Below, one piece after another: positions 5,517 through 5,637 of a stretch of DNA of 5,637 nucleotides. Position 1 is the first letter of the stretch, and the number at the start of each line of letters is the position of its first letter. The notes beneath the pieces are model-generated. The model made no database searches, had not been told where the DNA came from, and saw only the letters and a program-made list of their open reading frames with translations. A program made the position numbers and the translations under genes. Origin of the DNA: an uncultured archaeon (lineage in GTDB: Archaea > Iainarchaeota > Iainarchaeia > Iainarchaeales > 0-14-0-20-30-16); NCBI GenBank assembly GCA_964565125.1, contig CAZMCX010000055.1, positions 1 through 5,637 of the forward strand. The letters run 5' to 3'.

Positions 5517-5520
5517 AAGC
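5396..5520. repeat. Perfect 10-bp inverted repeat GCTTTAAAAA (5396-5405) / TTTTTAAAGC (5511-5520) bracketing a region with nested dyads
   Basis: Read directly from the sequence. Inner dyads are AGCTTT (5395-5400)/AAAGCT (5444-5449), ACAAC (5404-5408)/GTTGT (5420-5424) and TCCTT (5465-5469)/AAGGG (5475-5479). G6 (5387-5392) can pair with C5 (5480-5484). Confidence 0.5.
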
Positions 5521-5637
5521 AATATACTTCTATAATAATATATCTAATCACAAAGCAAGTTTTTCCGAACCGAAACTTCTTTAAGATTAAGGCATTTCAT
5601 AAGATAATTAGATTTTTGAATGAAAATGAATAAAAAT

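Noticed and set aside
5559-5576. GTTTTTCCGAACCGAAAC resembles a CRISPR repeat, with a GTTT... start and a ...GAAAC end.
   Set aside because: Only one copy exists in the window. There is no second repeat at spacer distance and no cas genes are visible.

Overview
This is an AT-rich archaeal window. Positions 43-3737 (+ strand) carry the conserved archaeal exosome superoperon, tightly packed with overlapping or abutting genes: rrp4, rrp41, rrp42, rpl37ae, rpoP, a Brix/Imp4-family gene, pcc1 (KEOPS) and pfdB (prefoldin beta). rpoP is a 45-aa ORF missing from the supplied ORF track. Most genes are preceded by a GAGGTGA-type Shine-Dalgarno that often lies inside the end of the upstream gene. After a hairpin plus oligo-T at the prefoldin stop comes a 263-aa ORF (3769-4560). 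By motif reading it is a very divergent Bud32/RIO-type small kinase whose catalytic-loop Asp is replaced by His (HGHVTTGN instead of HGDLTTSN). This is the most unusual element here, given its position just after the KEOPS gene pcc1. A convergent MBL-fold metallo-hydrolase (4562-5302, - strand) ends 1 nt from that ORF. The last ~335 nt are non-coding and AT-rich, with two isolated G/C islands and nested dyad symmetries, which could mark a candidate small structured RNA or a regulatory region. The short, divergent housekeeping proteins and the low GC suggest a fast-evolving, reduced-genome archaeon such as a DPANN-like lineage, but that is inference only. All calls rest on reading the translations and sequence by eye; no database search was possible.
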